From Alloascoidea hylecoeti (Eukaryota): DNA of 64,000 nt. A program made the translations under genes and the position numbers. The notes beneath the pieces were generated by a model, which worked only from the letters and a program-made list of their open reading frames with translations, had not been told where the DNA came from and searched no databases. Shown here one piece after another: positions 1-11,613 of this stretch. Each line of letters starts with the position of its first letter. The stretch's first letter is position 1. The stretch covers positions 203,527-267,526 of the forward strand of contig BCKZ01000010.1 in NCBI GenBank assembly GCA_001600815.1, read 5' to 3'.

Positions 1-2108
1 TATTCTGCTGCGGTCATAAATCGAGACATTCTCGAGATTTAAATTTAATAACACTCGTAGCTTTCTAATTTTATTGAAATCACAACATTCCTTACCTATC
101 TAAAAATCACCGGATATTCGATTCAACAGGTGGTTTAACATTAGTAGGTACAGTGGGTAACATGGCAGAACAATAATGCATATGCATCATGTGGCCGAAA
201 TTAAGTGGAGACACTGTAAACGATTCAACTTATAACGCTTGACAAATTGCATCGTGTACTCGATAGTATATAAATCAATGATCATGATCCGGTCTAGAGA
301 GGTGGCTTAATCACAGATGTATTCAGTATTCAACCTTCAATTAAAAGTCTATATATAATTACGTAATTAATATTTAAGCTATAGTACTGGTATGTTAGAT
401 ATATTTAAAATTAGTATTATGAAAATCTTGCAATAAGAGCAGATCTAGATGTTACAATTTATTTTGGAGTCATAAATATCAGTATATAAGCGATTCAAAG
501 TTCAATTTATATGCCTCAAGTTCAACCGATATTATATAAACTTTCTACTTTAAGTTATACATGTATATTTAAATTTAAACAATATTTACCTTGTATAGAG
601 TGTGTATGATTACCAAAGCATATAAAACAAAAGATTATCACATAGTAATGAAATTTTCACTTTTTACCAAACTCTGATTGGCTCGAGCTCTGTATTAATA
701 TCGACATTCATTGGTATAGATAATTATGTAATCAACTAACATTTACAGAAGTTATAATATGGTATATGTGTCTTTGAAATTATCTAAGTTAATCTATTTG
801 AGACAGAAATAATATTAATTGCTGTTTCTCTTTTCACATTTCTATATATCGCGGTGAATATCGATATCGTCAGAACGGTTGAATTTACTAGTGGGACAAA
901 AGACGTTAATTGCAGTTATAATTATAACAGAATATAATATTCATGTGTTATTAATATATTAATATTGTACGCATAGCTATAGCTTAGTATATATATGGAG
1001 TAACCAATTGGTCAATAGCTATATTCATTTGAATTATATTCTGTAGTTTCAAATAATAGCACTTGGGAATTCTCCAAGTGGAGGCCTAGAATCCTTAGAT
1101 ACACATATAAGAAGAGGAACTAAGTTGAAAATGACCATAATCTCGAGATATTGCTACTTTTGGTGTAGCTATAGCACCTAAACCGCTGCATCCAATGATA
1201 TTTGGTTTTATAGATCCGGTTTTCCGATTAATTAATTATTCTCGTAAGATTTTGGATTTTTAAAGATGATCATGAGGTGATACTAACCAGCTGGGGTGCA
1301 TGAAATGATGGAGACAACTGAAATTAATTAGAAACCGCTCTTAATGTTTGTACGTGTGTAACTTCCTAAGAAAGTAACGGGTTATTCGGAATTTACAAAA
1401 TGTGATAACAACTATAATCGGGAGGACTATGTAAAAAAAATGGTGTGCTTTTTTCTGCCATTCTCCTTTGCGTAATTTATAATATACAGGAGTATGCATA
1501 TGTATATGCATAGACACAAAAATATAAGATATTGACCTAACACTATATATATTCTGACTATACTTGCCATTATTACCAATTATATTTTCTTAGCTCAAAT
1601 TTATAATTGTTCTTCCAAAGTTTTACCTCATTAATGTAAATTGATATACTAATCGTGCGTGTGGTAATTCTAATTGCAATAAATTTTTAAAAATATAGAA
1701 TAATATGCATATGCAAGCTTTAAGTTTAAAATTACGATCATGCTTGATTTCACCGTATTTTTCAGGGTAGAATACTATGTGCATCTAACGGTGATAACCG
1801 CCGTGCAAAAATGAAGTCACAACAAGAAACGGAGTTATTATTTAATCTAAACTGAAAATGAAATTATCACCCAATTTTGAATTAATTAGTGATGAATCAG
1901 ATACTGGGTATCAGCTACTATTGTTCCTTACTTATTTTAATTATGATGAAAACTATCATTTTTGCAATGTTAATTGTATACCGAATTTATATGGACCAAT
2001 ATATGCTTTCAATACGAATCTGATAATATATAAATACTTCACCAATTCCTTGTACTTTTTTTCCTTTTTTCATTATTAAATCAATCAATATATTCTAATT
2101 ATAAAAAA

Positions 2109-3005
2109 ATGTTTTATATTCGTGCTAACGAAGCTGTTAGTATCAATGCTCCCACGGGATCTGATATGCATGTTACTGAACATGGTTCGGATTGGCTTTT
2201 CTCAGCTTTTTCAGTAATGGCCTTATTTGTTGTTGGTTATCTCCTTTTAACTTGGTTCAAGAAGGAGAAAAGATATGCCTTTGTCTATAATAATTTGGCA
2301 TCCTTGCTTTTAATTATGTATCTTTATTTTATTATGGCATCTGATCTCGGTTGGGCTCCAGTTCAAGCTGAATTCAATCATGTTACTGTTGAAAATTCTA
2401 GTGCTACTCCTGGATTACGTCAAGTCTTTTACAGTCGTTATGTTGCGTGGTTCTTAGCCTGGCCATTCCAGATTGCTAACCTTGCTTTATTGGCAAGATT
2501 AGACTGGCCAATCATTTTTATGAACTTCATTTCAACTGAGGTCTATGTTATTTCTTTATTGGTGGCCTGTGTTGTTCATTCTACATACAAATGGGGGTTC
2601 TTTACTTTTGCTATCGCTGGCTTTATTGTTACTTTGATCAATCTCTACACAAGTGGTCTTAAATCTGCTACAGAAGTTGGTTCAGATGTTAGGGGTGCCT
2701 ACATTAAGTCATTATCAATTCTTTCTTTCTTTTGGCTTCTTTACCCCATTTGTTTCGGTTTATCAGAAGGTGGTAATGTCATCCAACCCGATTCAGAAGC
2801 AGTTTTCTATGGTGTTTTAGATGTTTGTCTATTCCTTATCTACCCAATCATCTTTTTATTTTTTACAAAGGGTATTTCTTTGGAAAGATTAAACTTGAGA
2901 GCATATCTTAACTATGAAGGTCCTAATGAAAGACACTTAGATGAGAAAGAATCTCCTGCTTTGGAAGCAGGAACCGAGTCCGTTCAACCGGAGACTACGG
3001 TTTAA
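2109..3005 (+). CDS. Opsin-related 7-TM membrane protein (Yro2/Mrh1/Hsp30 family)
   Basis: 298 aa with 7 hydrophobic helices and motifs RQVFYSRYVAWFLAWP, WLLYPICFGLSEGGN and FYGVLD. The helix G Schiff-base Lys is absent (DVCLF), so it is not a retinal-binding opsin. Confidence 0.9.
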   Translation: MFYIRANEAVSINAPTGSDMHVTEHGSDWLFSAFSVMALFVVGYLLLTWFKKEKRYAFVYNNLASLLLIMYLYFIMASDLGWAPVQAEFNHVTVENSSATPGLRQVFYSRYVAWFLAWPFQIANLALLARLDWPIIFMNFISTEVYVISLLVACVVHSTYKWGFFTFAIAGFIVTLINLYTSGLKSATEVGSDVRGAYIKSLSILSFFWLLYPICFGLSEGGNVIQPDSEAVFYGVLDVCLFLIYPIIFLFFTKGISLERLNLRAYLNYEGPNERHLDEKESPALEAGTESVQPETTV

Positions 3006-3332
3006 TTATAACCAATGGGATGTTTTATTTCATAGTGTTGATGTTGTGTCGATTTTTGACCTTCATCTAAATATTAATCTTCTTAATTTCACATTTCTTA
3101 CATTTCTTTAATGAAGTAGTGTTTAACTACAAATTTTTTTTATTTACGAACTGAAATGTTTGATGCAAAATAACTTAATTAATGAATAAAAAATTTAATT
3201 TTAAAGATAACAATTATTGATTTTAAATAAATATAAATGTAGTATAATTGTAAGCATAATCTTTTTCATAACTGTGAAAATATCAATTTAAAGGATTTAA
3301 TATGTATATTAAATATAATATTAATGTCTTTA

Positions 3333-3661
3333 TTATTTCTTTTTTCCTCCAGCTCCAGACCTAATAACAAATAATTAATACTTATAATCAAAATAATACT
3401 TTTAAATATATAAAAAACATACTTCTTAATTCCACCCCCAACTAATGGTCCACCCTTTTTGGCCTTTGATGCCATTTCCTTCTTGGCTTGAGCAGCAGCC
3501 TTTTGCTTCTCTTTGAAAGCAAGGTCTTCTTCATCAAGGTCCTTTGGGCCCTTCTTAGATTGTTTAAGTGCTAATGTGGGCATTAGCAAATGATCTTTAC
3601 CATATTAAGTAGCAGATAGAATTTTCTTACGCTTTAATTTTCCTCCTTGACGTCCTGACAT
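3333..3661 (-). CDS. TMA7: Translation machinery-associated protein 7, 3 exons (3661-3631, 3570-3423, 3360-3333)
   Basis: Spliced product [34 protein letters not shown]...GPLVGGGIKKSGAGGKKK. The introns start GTAAG and GTATG, end TAG, and restore the frame. Confidence 0.92.
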
Positions 3662-4102
3662 AATAATAACAAAATTTTCGTAATTAAAAATAAAAAGTGA
3701 TTCAAATTTGAAATACGCTCGGCTTAACTACACCAACAGAAGTGTGCATAACATCATCACGTGTTGTTATATTTAAACTATATGTGACATTATTGCCATA
3801 GAAGGAAGATTAGTTAGATACCATATTATAGTTATATAATGATCCTGTAAATGAAAAGAACATTATTCTTGCGTTCATAGGTTGTTTCACTTTGATAGTG
3901 GTTAAAATTTCATGGCTTTACTACTGAAGGCTATCTAGAGCTAGTTATCGTTATAGTTTGATCTTGAGACGTAAAAGAATTGTTTACAATTAAGTTAACC
4001 AACCAATTAAAATTGAAAAATAAATTTTCAATTGTTATTGCAAAAATTTGAAGCAAACAGGACCATATTCATCAATTCTTTATAATCACCTATATATAAT
4101 TA

Positions 4103-4897
4103 ATGAATACAACGTTGACGAATAACCCAAATGAAAAGATTCTACTACGGCACAGAGAAAAGCAAAGGAAACAGATCTATCCCCTTTCTTCTGCAAATGA
4201 TCGCGAATCAAAAGGTTTAACGTCATCTTTCTATGACCCTTCGACGATAATTGCAACATCAATACTTACTGCTTCAGTGCTAGGCGGTTTTTATATCTAT
4301 AAAATGTATCTAAGAAGAATAGCTGAATCAAGAAAATTACCGCTTAGTTTTATGCGTCACCGGACAATGTTAGGATATGTCACTTCTGTAGGAGACGGTG
4401 ATAATTTTCATTTTTATCACACACCCGGAGGAATATTAGCTGGTTGGTATTGGTTACGCCCAGTTCCGAAAGTAAATCAACGGGGATTAGGGAAACAAAC
4501 ATTACATGTTAGATTATGCGGCGTTGATGCTCCAGAACGAAGCCATTTCGGAAAACCGGCACAGAAATGGGGTGATGAGGCATTAGCTTGGTTACGAAGT
4601 TATGTATTAGGAAGAAGAGTAAGGGTGAAACCATTATCTATTGATCAATACAATAGAGTCGTTGGGAAAGTGACAATATTGAAATGGAATGGAAGGCGTG
4701 ATATTAGTGCTGAAATGATTAGACAGGGTTGGGGTGTCGTTTATGAAGGGAAAAAAACTGCTGAATTTGATGGAAATGAACATAAATATAGACGGTTAGA
4801 AGTTAAAGCAAAGAAAAAAAAATTGGGAATCTGGCAACAGGGTGTAAAGAAAGTGGTTACACCAGCAACTTATAAAAGAAAATACAACAATTTATAG
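4103..4897 (+). CDS. LCL3: Staphylococcal-nuclease-like endonuclease
   Basis: TM segment followed by VTSVGDGDNFHFYHTPGG, RLCGVDAPE and DQYNRVV SNase motifs. Confidence 0.9.
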   Translation: MNTTLTNNPNEKILLRHREKQRKQIYPLSSANDRESKGLTSSFYDPSTIIATSILTASVLGGFYIYKMYLRRIAESRKLPLSFMRHRTMLGYVTSVGDGDNFHFYHTPGGILAGWYWLRPVPKVNQRGLGKQTLHVRLCGVDAPERSHFGKPAQKWGDEALAWLRSYVLGRRVRVKPLSIDQYNRVVGKVTILKWNGRRDISAEMIRQGWGVVYEGKKTAEFDGNEHKYRRLEVKAKKKKLGIWQQGVKKVVTPATYKRKYNNL

Positions 4898-5119
4898 TTA
4901 TCATGATCATAAGATTCATATATGTATGTAGATTATAACATTAGCATTTATATCATTCATTATCGATATCGTATAATCTTCCATGTATTACACAAGCTTT
5001 ACACTTGTTTAATATGTCCCTAAGAATCTATAAAAAATTTAATAATAAATAACAAAAACTTTATAATTAAATTTATACTAATTTTGTTCATTTCACATCA
5101 TCTCCTAACACAAATAATA

Positions 5120-7306
5120 TTATGCTAATGGTATAAGCTTGTTATCACTTCTTTTCGATTCTTTTAATTCAAGTAACTGGGCGATAACTTCCTCAATTGG
5201 AATAGAAACATTTCTATTTTGAGAAGAAGTATCGTCACGATTTCTAATGTTAACTGAATTTGAATCCATTTCCTGTTGACCAACAGTGAAAATAAAATTA
5301 TACTGTTGAAGTTGTGCAGATCTTGTCTTTTTAGATAAGGTATTACCACTAAGATCAACATCAGCATAAAAACCTGCTGCAAATAGTTTATCCTTGATAC
5401 TTGTAGCATAGTCATTATATTTAACACCAACTGGTAGAACCATAACATGTCTTGGAGAGATCCAGAACGGCCATTTACCAGCACAATGTTCAGTCAAAAT
5501 GGCGGTCATACGTTCAACACTACCTAAAATAGCACGATGAATCATAACTGGTTTCACGTATGCTTCTTCATCTTTAGCACGATATTCTAATTCAAATCTT
5601 TGTGGCAGTTGGAAATCTAATTGAATAGTAGCACATTGATGCCATCTTCTAAGAGCATCAGAGATGGCAATATCGATCTTTGGACCATAGAAAGCACCAT
5701 CACCAGGGTTAATTTCCCAATCACCACCCCATGTCTTTAATGCTTCTTCTAACATATTTTCAGCATGATCCCAAGTTTCTATTTCACCAACATATTTAGC
5801 AGGTCTTGTTGACAATTCCATCTTAAAGTTAAAACCAAAAATTCCATAAACCTTCTTCAAGAAATCAAAGATTCCTAAAATTTCAGATCCAATTTGATCA
5901 ACAGTACAGAAAATATGGGCATCATCTTGTTGGAATCTTCTAACACGGGTTAAACCACTTAAAGCACCAGAAAATTCATTACGATGTAAGACACCAAAAT
6001 CGGCAACCCTCCATGGCAATTCACGATAACTCCTTTCTCTTGATTTAAAAAGTAAACAATGACCAGGGCAATTCATTGGTTTTAACGCAAACGTTTCCTT
6101 TTCAACGTCAATTGCGAACATATTTTCTTTATAATTTTGCCAATGACCAGAAGTCTCCCAAAGTTTTGTGTTAAACATATTTGGAGTGATAACTTCATCA
6201 TAACCTCTTGCTCTATATTCTCCACGTAGGAAATCAATAAGGCCATTATAAATTCTTGTTCCGTGTGGTAACCAGAAAGCAGAACCAGGACTAAGTTCAT
6301 GGAAATAGAAAAGCTCTTGTTCTCTTCCGATTTTCCTATGATCTCTTTTAGCCGCTTCTTCCATGAATTTGACGTATTCGGTTAATTGTTTCTTATCAGG
6401 AAAACTGATACCGTATATTCTCTGCAGTGAGTCATTATTTGCATCCCCTAAGAAGTACGAGGCGGAATTTTTCAAAAGTTTAGCACCTTTGATTTTACCA
6501 GTGTTTGGGATATGAGGACCAAGACAAAGATCAATTAAAGGTCCACATCTATAGACAGTAGTAGAAGTTCCATCTGGGATCTTACTTTGGATAATTTGTT
6601 GTTTATATTTATTGTGAATAAACATCTTTAACAAGTTCTCTTTAGAAACAACCAATCTTTCAAACTTCTGTTTATCTTTGGTGATCTTGGTGAAAAGAGT
6701 CTCTAAACTCGGAAAATCAGTTTGTGAAACAACTGTATTTCCTTCATTAATACTCATTTCATAATAAAATCCTTCCTCAATAGGGGGTCCAATACATAAG
6801 TGACAACCATAATGTCGTTCAGTTGCTTCACCGAGAACATGAGCGGAAGAATGCCAGAATACACGTTTACCTTCTGGTGTATTGAAATCAAAAAATTCCA
6901 AGGTTTCAACGTCACCTTCAAGTGGTCTTTCCAGATCCCATAATTCACCATTTACTTTGGAAATACACATTCTCTCAGCAAAGCTTTTACCAATAGATCT
7001 AGCAATATCCAATGGACAAGTTTCCCATGATGTGCCCTCTTTAACTGCACCATCTTTCAAAGTAATTGTGATTGGTTCACGTGGCTGTGCAGCAACGGAA
7101 TCGTCGTATTCCTTTTTCAATTCATCGAATAATTTGATACGGTGGTCAATATACTCGGGCTTTGGATCTAATTCTAATGGAGTAGCACCATTATCAGAAG
7201 TAGCATTTTTTTGTTTTTTCTGTTTCTTAGGTTTTGCAACTTGCTGTTTATTATCTTGGATTGATGAACCCTCGAGTTTCTGGGCTAATTGTTCTTCCTG
7301 ACTCAT
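5120..7306 (-). CDS. THS1: Cytosolic threonyl-tRNA synthetase
   Basis: TGS domain, [32 protein letters not shown] and [10 protein letters not shown]. Confidence 0.98.
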   Translation of the reverse strand: MSQEEQLAQKLEGSSIQDNKQQVAKPKKQKKQKNATSDNGATPLELDPKPEYIDHRIKLFDELKKEYDDSVAAQPREPITITLKDGAVKEGTSWETCPLDIARSIGKSFAERMCISKVNGELWDLERPLEGDVETLEFFDFNTPEGKRVFWHSSAHVLGEATERHYGCHLCIGPPIEEGFYYEMSINEGNTVVSQTDFPSLETLFTKITKDKQKFERLVVSKENLLKMFIHNKYKQQIIQSKIPDGTSTTVYRCGPLIDLCLGPHIPNTGKIKGAKLLKNSASYFLGDANNDSLQRIYGISFPDKKQLTEYVKFMEEAAKRDHRKIGREQELFYFHELSPGSAFWLPHGTRIYNGLIDFLRGEYRARGYDEVITPNMFNTKLWETSGHWQNYKENMFAIDVEKETFALKPMNCPGHCLLFKSRERSYRELPWRVADFGVLHRNEFSGALSGLTRVRRFQQDDAHIFCTVDQIGSEILGIFDFLKKVYGIFGFNFKMELSTRPAKYVGEIETWDHAENMLEEALKTWGGDWEINPGDGAFYGPKIDIAISDALRRWHQCATIQLDFQLPQRFELEYRAKDEEAYVKPVMIHRAILGSVERMTAILTEHCAGKWPFWISPRHVMVLPVGVKYNDYATSIKDKLFAAGFYADVDLSGNTLSKKTRSAQLQQYNFIFTVGQQEMDSNSVNIRNRDDTSSQNRNVSIPIEEVIAQLLELKESKRSDNKLIPLA

Positions 7307-7386
7307 TTTGTTAAATGATAACGAGATTCAGAAAAAAATCTTTTGTTCTTAGGAAAAAACCCAAATTTAACAATGTTTTTGTTGTG

Positions 7387-7394
7387 CCGGGTAA
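7387..7394 (+). promoter_or_regulatory. Reb1-type site CCGGGTAA in the short divergent THS1/AIR promoter
   Basis: Exact match to the yeast Reb1 consensus, next to poly(dT) tracts in a 158-bp intergenic gap. Confidence 0.5.
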
Positions 7395-7464
7395 CCATAT
7401 GCTTTTTCTTTGAAAATTTAATTATATTAAATTCTTTCTTTATATTTATATAATTCAACGTTTA

Positions 7465-8560
7465 ATGGACTCGATAGTAGATAAAATTTTAAATAACCAA
7501 CAGGAGGAGTCCACGGCGTCCGTGGAGCCACCGCTTCCAGTAAAGCCTAGATGGGTAGTGAAAAAGAAAGTTGTTAGTCTGGCTGTTGAAGAAGTAGATG
7601 ATAATAATGATGAGTTAGTTGAAATGGTATGCCCTCTTTTCACATATATTTTTAATTCTTTATAACGACAAATTTAACCTATTAAAATGTTAGAGGGGTG
7701 GAGGACGATACTTTGGAAATGCAGATCAAACATCTGAACGAGTATGTAGTAATTGTGGTCAAGCTGGTCATATTCAATCGAAATGTAAAGTTGTTGTATG
7801 TCATAAGTGTGGTGCTGTGGGGGACCATTATTCAGAGGAATGTCCTAAGACGATAAAGTGTTCAAATTGTGGTGCTACCGGCCATCATAGAGGTCAATGT
7901 AAAGAGAGACAAAAGCGCATATATTGTTCAAGATGTGATTCAAATCGACATACAGAACTGGCATGTCCTGATATATGGAGAAGTTATATACATAAAAAAG
8001 ATGAAGGTATTGCTGAATTGCCTGTCGCGATTTATTGCTATAATTGTGGCAATAAAGGACATTATGGTGATGATTGTGAGATGCAGAGAGTTTCAAGAGT
8101 TCCAAATATTAATGGGTCAGCTTTTAGGGGTGGTAATCTTCCGAAACACTTACGAGATATATATTGGAAAAATATAAGGGATCAAAGATTAAGGGGCGAT
8201 AATTTACCTAAAAGATCAAGAATGGATGATGATTATTCTGATAGAGATAGAAAGAGACAACACTATAGTCCGAATTCAATGCGCATTGAAAAACGTAGTT
8301 CTACTAACTTTTCACCTCGATATTCACCAAATTTCAATAGTTATGATCGCAATCAAGGTAATAGATGGTCTGACAGATATGATCGGAATAGGCCACAATC
8401 AAGGCGATATGATAATCCAACTCCTGTTAGGTCAGGTTATATTGATATAAGTCGCAATTCTGGAAACTATTCTAATTCTAATGAAAAACCAAAAAGAACG
8501 AAGATTATGGATAAGTTAAAAAATGCTCACCAAGCATTTAAAGGACGTAAAAGAAAATAA
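7465..8560 (+). CDS. AIR1: Air1/Air2-like zinc-knuckle protein (TRAMP complex), intron 7627-7693
   Basis: Splicing GTATGC...TAG joins ELVEM to RGGGRYFG. Five CCHC knuckles and the IWRSY motif follow. Confidence 0.88.
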
Positions 8561-8851
8561 ATATGATAATATTAACAATAACAAATTATACATGGTATTT
8601 TTTTGATTCTTATTTTGGGTATATCATAATTGGGGTTAAATTTTATGAAGAATACTGTTGCTTCCAAATTTTGGGCACACAATTTTTTAATTTTATTTTT
8701 TTTAAGAATTCATAACAGTTGTCATTTCATTATAGATTGAATATACTTTAAAAGATATCCTTAAATCATTGACTGGTTGGCTGTTATCTTAACTATTTGA
8801 AATTTATAATAATTATATTACCTCTCTGAAAACCTTATTGCAGTTAGAGAT

Positions 8852-8922
8852 GCGTAAGTAGTTTAGTGGTAAAATCATACATTCCCATTGTATGGCCCCG
8901 GGTTCGATTCCCGGCTTGCGCA
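8852..8922 (+). tRNA. tRNA-Gly(CCC)
   Basis: Cloverleaf with GCGTAAG/CTTGCGC acceptor stem, TTCCCAT anticodon loop and GGTTCGATTCC T-arm. A T-run terminator lies at ~8951. Confidence 0.93.
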
Positions 8923-8974
8923 AAGGGATTTAAAAAAGGTAGGAGGTATCTTTTTTGATTTTTTTGAAAAATCA

Positions 8975-9600
8975 GGTTTAACAATAGTGTCTATGCTTGG
9001 TAGACCAATAAAATGATATTTATTTTGTCTTTAGGTTATGATTCTTAGATATAAATAAATAGATAAATAAATAAATACAAAACAGACATTGTTGTACCGT
9101 CAAGGTATAACACTTAAATAATTTTATATTTATGTTTTAATAAAAAATAAAAAAAAAAGAAGGTCATTTATAGGTATTTTGTACTGGTAAATGGAAGATT
9201 CAAGAGAAATAATAATTTATTAACACTTTTTTTGGCTTAAATATTACAGTTCTTTACATACATTTATAATGTTTGATAATATATGAAGGTGTGTATCAAC
9301 AATATTAGTTGTAAACTACATATATAAATAGTAAGTAAAATAAAAAATAATTAATCAAAAGTGTACAAAGTAATATCATTTTACTGGGCTTCCCAGTATT
9401 GACGCCGTTATCAAAGAAATTAAGTTATTCATTATCATAAAAGTCCAAATAAGATCTTAAATTTTAATAAATTTATCATTATCTTTAGGTGTTAGAAATA
9501 TCACCAAACTAAAATGTTGTAAAAATAGCTCAAAAGGCGGAATATTGAATATTGATTATGGTTACAGAAAAAAAAAGAAAAAAAAAGAAAAAAAATTTTA
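8975..9600 (+). mobile_element. Possible stacked poly(A)-tailed retroelement 3' ends downstream of tRNA-Gly
   Basis: Three segments end in A-rich runs (~9139-9160, ~9335-9360, ~9565-9597). The middle one shares TAAATGGAA, TACATACATTTAyAAT and TAAGTAAAAkAAAAA with the LINE 3' end at 62600-62810. Confidence 0.4.
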
Positions 9601-9799
9601 ACTGTAAGTTCAAATTCATTTATTCATCATTGCAGACACAATGTTGTGGCCGATGTTGTACCCCATATGTGTTAAAAGTAACAACTGTGAACACAAGTTT
9701 AAAATGGGTATGATTACTACCACAGGATCTAGATTATTATTATAGTTCTATTTTTATTTTTTTATTTTTTTAACTTTTCATGTAGTGTAGAAGAGTCCA

Positions 9800-10202
9800 T
9801 GGTGAGTGTGTAAAACTTTCTTCTGTTTTGTGTCGTGACAGGGTGAGTTAATTAGACCCTTTGGCGTAACGGCTAGATACAGGCATTTGACCGTGGTAGT
9901 GAGCGTTGGTATACGAGCAGGAAGACATGACCAGTTCGATCCTCGCTTAGGACGTAATTTCACGAAAGCCATAAAGTGATGGTACTAGTACAGATGTGGC
10001 GAACTTGTAACCGGTGAAAATGAAGACCCGGGAGGCAGACCATGAAAGAATTCAAAGACCTGCTCCAAGTTTGGAGGTGTGCATGCGGCATACTTAGCAG
10101 TTATGGTCAATAAGTTAATTAGCTTTTTGGAAATCCAGATAATTAATCTTATTTGTATTATTTTCTTATTTACAATCAGGCGTAATAGCTAGATACAGAC
10201 AT
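9800..10202 (+). mobile_element. SINE-like element, divergent copy A (partial 3' end followed by a fuller unit)
   Basis: A-box-like TGGTAGTGAGCGTTGG, B-box-like AGTTCGATCC and T-run GCTTTTTGG. The 24-bp tail motif GGCGTAAnnGCTAGATACAGnCAT occurs twice (9863-9886, 10179-10202). Motif order matches 17709-18011. Confidence 0.55.
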
Positions 10203-11613
10203 AAAACCACTTTCTAATTTTCGATATATTTAAATGTGAATGCAATTTTCCTAGTAACTTTTTGGTTTATTATTAATATCTCATATCATATTCACATAAA
10301 ATAGTGCAATAACTACTAATTGTAATCTAAATAGTTCCATATTATAAAAAGAAGAAGAAAATCAAAAGAGATGTATAGTTATAATGATACAAATTGTGAT
10401 TTGGTTTACAAGAAAGGATATCTCATTATCTAATTAATTTAACTATATACTATTAATAATGGCAGATATATTGAAATTAAAATTAAAAATTCTATTCTAG
10501 TTTCTCTTTTATATATATATCTAGTACTTATAATGAATAAGGGGGAACTTACTTATTGCAACTATATGATTAATTTCTTTAAAAATTTAAGAGCAATATC
10601 AATATATCTATAATAATAATAATAAAATTTCTCATTTAACATGAATATTATTATTGTATTATACAATATTAGTTGTTTTCCGTAAAATAAATAAATAAAA
10701 ATTCATTTTAGGTATTTTTAAAGTTATCTCATCTACCCACAATTATTCTAAATCTAAATCTAAATCTAAATCTAAATCCCGTAAGATGTTTCATCATTTG
10801 ATTTATTTCTCTATTTTTCTCTTGTTCGGAATTCTGAGCCTGGTGAAAAAATGTGCAATACTCTTCTAAATGAATTCACACTCTCCTTAAATCTTGAACG
10901 ATTTCTTTAACATTCTAGAGTATTTACTTCTATCACAATATTTCCTACCTACATTTTTCTTTCTAGATGTATGTTAAGAGTTGAATTTCCATTTTGGTTA
11001 ACGAAGAATAGGATATAATTTTGAGATATCGGTTTTGAGAGTAATCTTGTTACAAAATGATCAGATCATAATGATAAGATCATAATGATAATCATTAAAT
11101 TTGTAGAAACTTATGAAATATGCTCAATATTAATTTGTGCATTGTAATTTGATTTGATTTGATTTGATTTGATTTAATAATTTGAAAAACATATTATAAT
11201 ATGAAAAATTGGTTAATTGATTGATTAATATCGATCGGATATAACTTTTGATTTTTGATGTTTATACATTCTAGAAGAAATCAATTTCAATTTCAATTGA
11301 AAAGAAAATAACTAATTTTTGAATTTTTGAATTTTTTTTTGATTATTTTTAAATCTGATAATTTTTTTTTTTTTGTGTCTTAATTGAATAAATGTTTAAA
11401 TGAATCAATTATAAATGGAAGAATGAGGGATAATAATATTATATGTTATTTGATATTGTAATCGATATCTAGAAGAAATTGTAAGTTTAAATTTTGTATT
11501 AAAGGTGGTGTGATGAGATGTATAGCATGACATAATAACCCCGGTATATATTCTTATTACATTACCTTTTTCTTTTTTAAAAATTAGTTAGTATATAAAT
11601 ATAAGGTTGTATA

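Noticed and set aside
2109..3005. Light-driven rhodopsin
   Set aside because: The retinal-binding lysine in helix G is missing.
9860..10130. SRP RNA or a true tRNA gene
   Set aside because: No SRP helix-8 motif and no closable cloverleaf; related dispersed copies favour a repeat.
10800..11050. Possible decayed coding relic on the minus strand
   Set aside because: Multiple stops and no motif I could assign.
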